Below are positions 62,791 to 64,000 of a DNA stretch of 64,000 nucleotides, piece by piece. Source of the stretch: an uncultured Pseudomonadota bacterium (GTDB lineage Bacteria; Myxococcota_A; Polyangia; Fen-1088); the NCBI GenBank assembly GCA_963847705.1, contig CAWKBC010000027.1:32001-96000 (forward strand), given 5' to 3'. The notes beneath the pieces were generated by a model. That model was not told the origin of the DNA. It did not search any database and saw nothing but the letters and a program-made list of their open reading frames with translations. Position 1 is the stretch's first letter, and the number at the start of each line of letters is the position of its first letter. Position numbers and translations under genes: made by a program.

Positions 62791-63365
62791 AGGAACCCTT
62801 CCCAAGTCTTGCCTGGACTGACGGAGGGGCAGAGGGGATGTCTGCCAAAAGCGCGGCCCACCAAGTACGCGGCGGTATCGTTGGCCCAGCTTGCGCCCAG
62901 TGCGACCGCGGTCCAGGCGATTCCGTCCGGTCCGGCGCGCAGGCAGGACAAAGCCGCGAGACCAACAGAGCAGAAGAGCAGCCCGGCCATGAGGTGTCCT
63001 TCTCGAGCAGGCGCGCTGGGGCGCGGTCCAGAGAAGAGATGAACGCCCCACGTCAGCATGGACGCCAACGCCACGGCGACGAATAGCAGACCGCCGACTT
63101 GCCCTGGCCCAGCAAAGACTGGAATCAACGGAATCGTCGCGGTGCAGGCGAGCCCGAGCCAGGCGACGAATGGAATCGTACCGAAGACCAGTCGGTAGTA
63201 TTCCCAGCAGCCGATCCCGGCCGCGGCCGAAAAGAGGAGGGCGCTTGCCCGCGCATCCGCCGCGACGATCAAGGCGACGAGAGGAAGCATGACGACGCCC
63301 ACGAAGAGTCGCGGGCGGAGGTCGCGAAACCGAGCCACGCTGGGTGAAGGATCCCCGGGAATCAC
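62733..63365 (-). pseudogene. cdsA: Phosphatidate cytidylyltransferase, 3'-truncated
   Basis: WANDTAAYLVGRAFGRH...SPGKTWEG is present, but the C-terminal KD.G..PGHGG..DR half is absent. Confidence 0.75.
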
Positions 63366-63533
63366 TGGACGTCACCGACTGCAAGCGCGCTGCCAGTCTT
63401 GACACAAACCCATTGGGTTCGACCGTCGGTTCGGACAGTGTGCGGGCGGGACGCCTCAGGCTTTCCTTGAGTCCAGTGTCGTCAGGAAATTCGAGCGCGC
63501 GGAAGCGTTCGACTGGGACTATTGTCTCGTTCC

Positions 63534-64000
63534 ATGCCCAACGACGAGCTCGAGGCGCTTCGCGCTGAGCTGGCGTTGTTGCGGTCTGTCGTCGACAGCG
63601 TCTCGGCGATGCTCGCCTACTGGGATGCGAACCTTCGCTGCCGCTTCGCCAATCGCGCCTATGAGCGATGGTTTGGCGTTCTGCCAGAGGTGCTGATCGG
63701 GAGGCATATCAGCGAGCTCTTGGGGCCCCTCTACCAGCTCAATCTGCCCTACATCGAAGCGGCCCTGCGTGGCCAGTCCCAGGCCTTCGAGCGCGAGATC
63801 CCGGATCCGGCGGGTGGACCTTCCCGGCACAGCCTGGCCAACTACATCCCCAACGTCGTCGACGGGGTCGTGTGTGGCTTCTTCGTCCTGGTCACCGACA
63901 TCACGGAGCGCAAGCGCTTCGAGATGGCCCTCCGGGAGTCGGAGGCGAAATTTGCCGGGATCGTGTCGATCTCGCCCGACGCCATCATCAGTATCGATGA
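63534..64000 (+). CDS. Multi-PAS sensor protein, 3'-truncated by window edge
   Basis: MPNDELE...AYWDANLRCRFANRAYERWFG...VTDITERKR..E.ALRESE; absent from the ORF track because no stop falls in the window. Confidence 0.85.
   Translation, partial: MPNDELEALRAELALLRSVVDSVSAMLAYWDANLRCRFANRAYERWFGVLPEVLIGRHISELLGPLYQLNLPYIEAALRGQSQAFEREIPDPAGGPSRHSLANYIPNVVDGVVCGFFVLVTDITERKRFEMALRESEAKFAGIVSISPDAIISID

Larger units (their letters stand above)
52656..64000. mobile_element. Probable genomic island or decaying accessory region (extends beyond the window)
   Basis: Begins at the tRNA fragment; weaker GC3 bias by eye; many gene remnants; no integrase seen in the window. Confidence 0.55.

Overview
High-GC bacterial window. 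Gene content and a MYXO-CTERM-like tail suggest a Myxococcota/Polyangia-like organism (inference). Bases 1 to ~52.6 kb look like core chromosome: type IIA topoisomerase B subunit, EAL protein, ECF sigma/anti-sigma pair, tandem secreted beta-propeller lipoproteins and a diheme cytochrome beside pqqABCDE plus an ABC-2 exporter, panBC, CIRCE-groESL, an octaheme cytochrome with a CobW-family GTPase, ABC-F and DEAD-box genes, a DUF4912-GH57-glgA-methyltransferase alpha-glucan operon, a PL9-like lyase and glgP. At 52614-52655 a 5' half of tRNA-Leu(TAG) marks the start of a decaying accessory region with many gene fragments, sigma54-type promoters and an intact mgtA. The most notable unannotated signal is a Trp-Trp-Trp leader peptide with attenuator architecture upstream of an orphan SAM methyltransferase (45510-45759, minus strand). 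Other highlights are a long-tailed PqqA, GASE octapeptide repeats, and a recurring leaderless-mRNA signature. Several single-base frameshifts in conserved genes may be sequencing errors. All calls were made by eye, with no database searches or folding computations.
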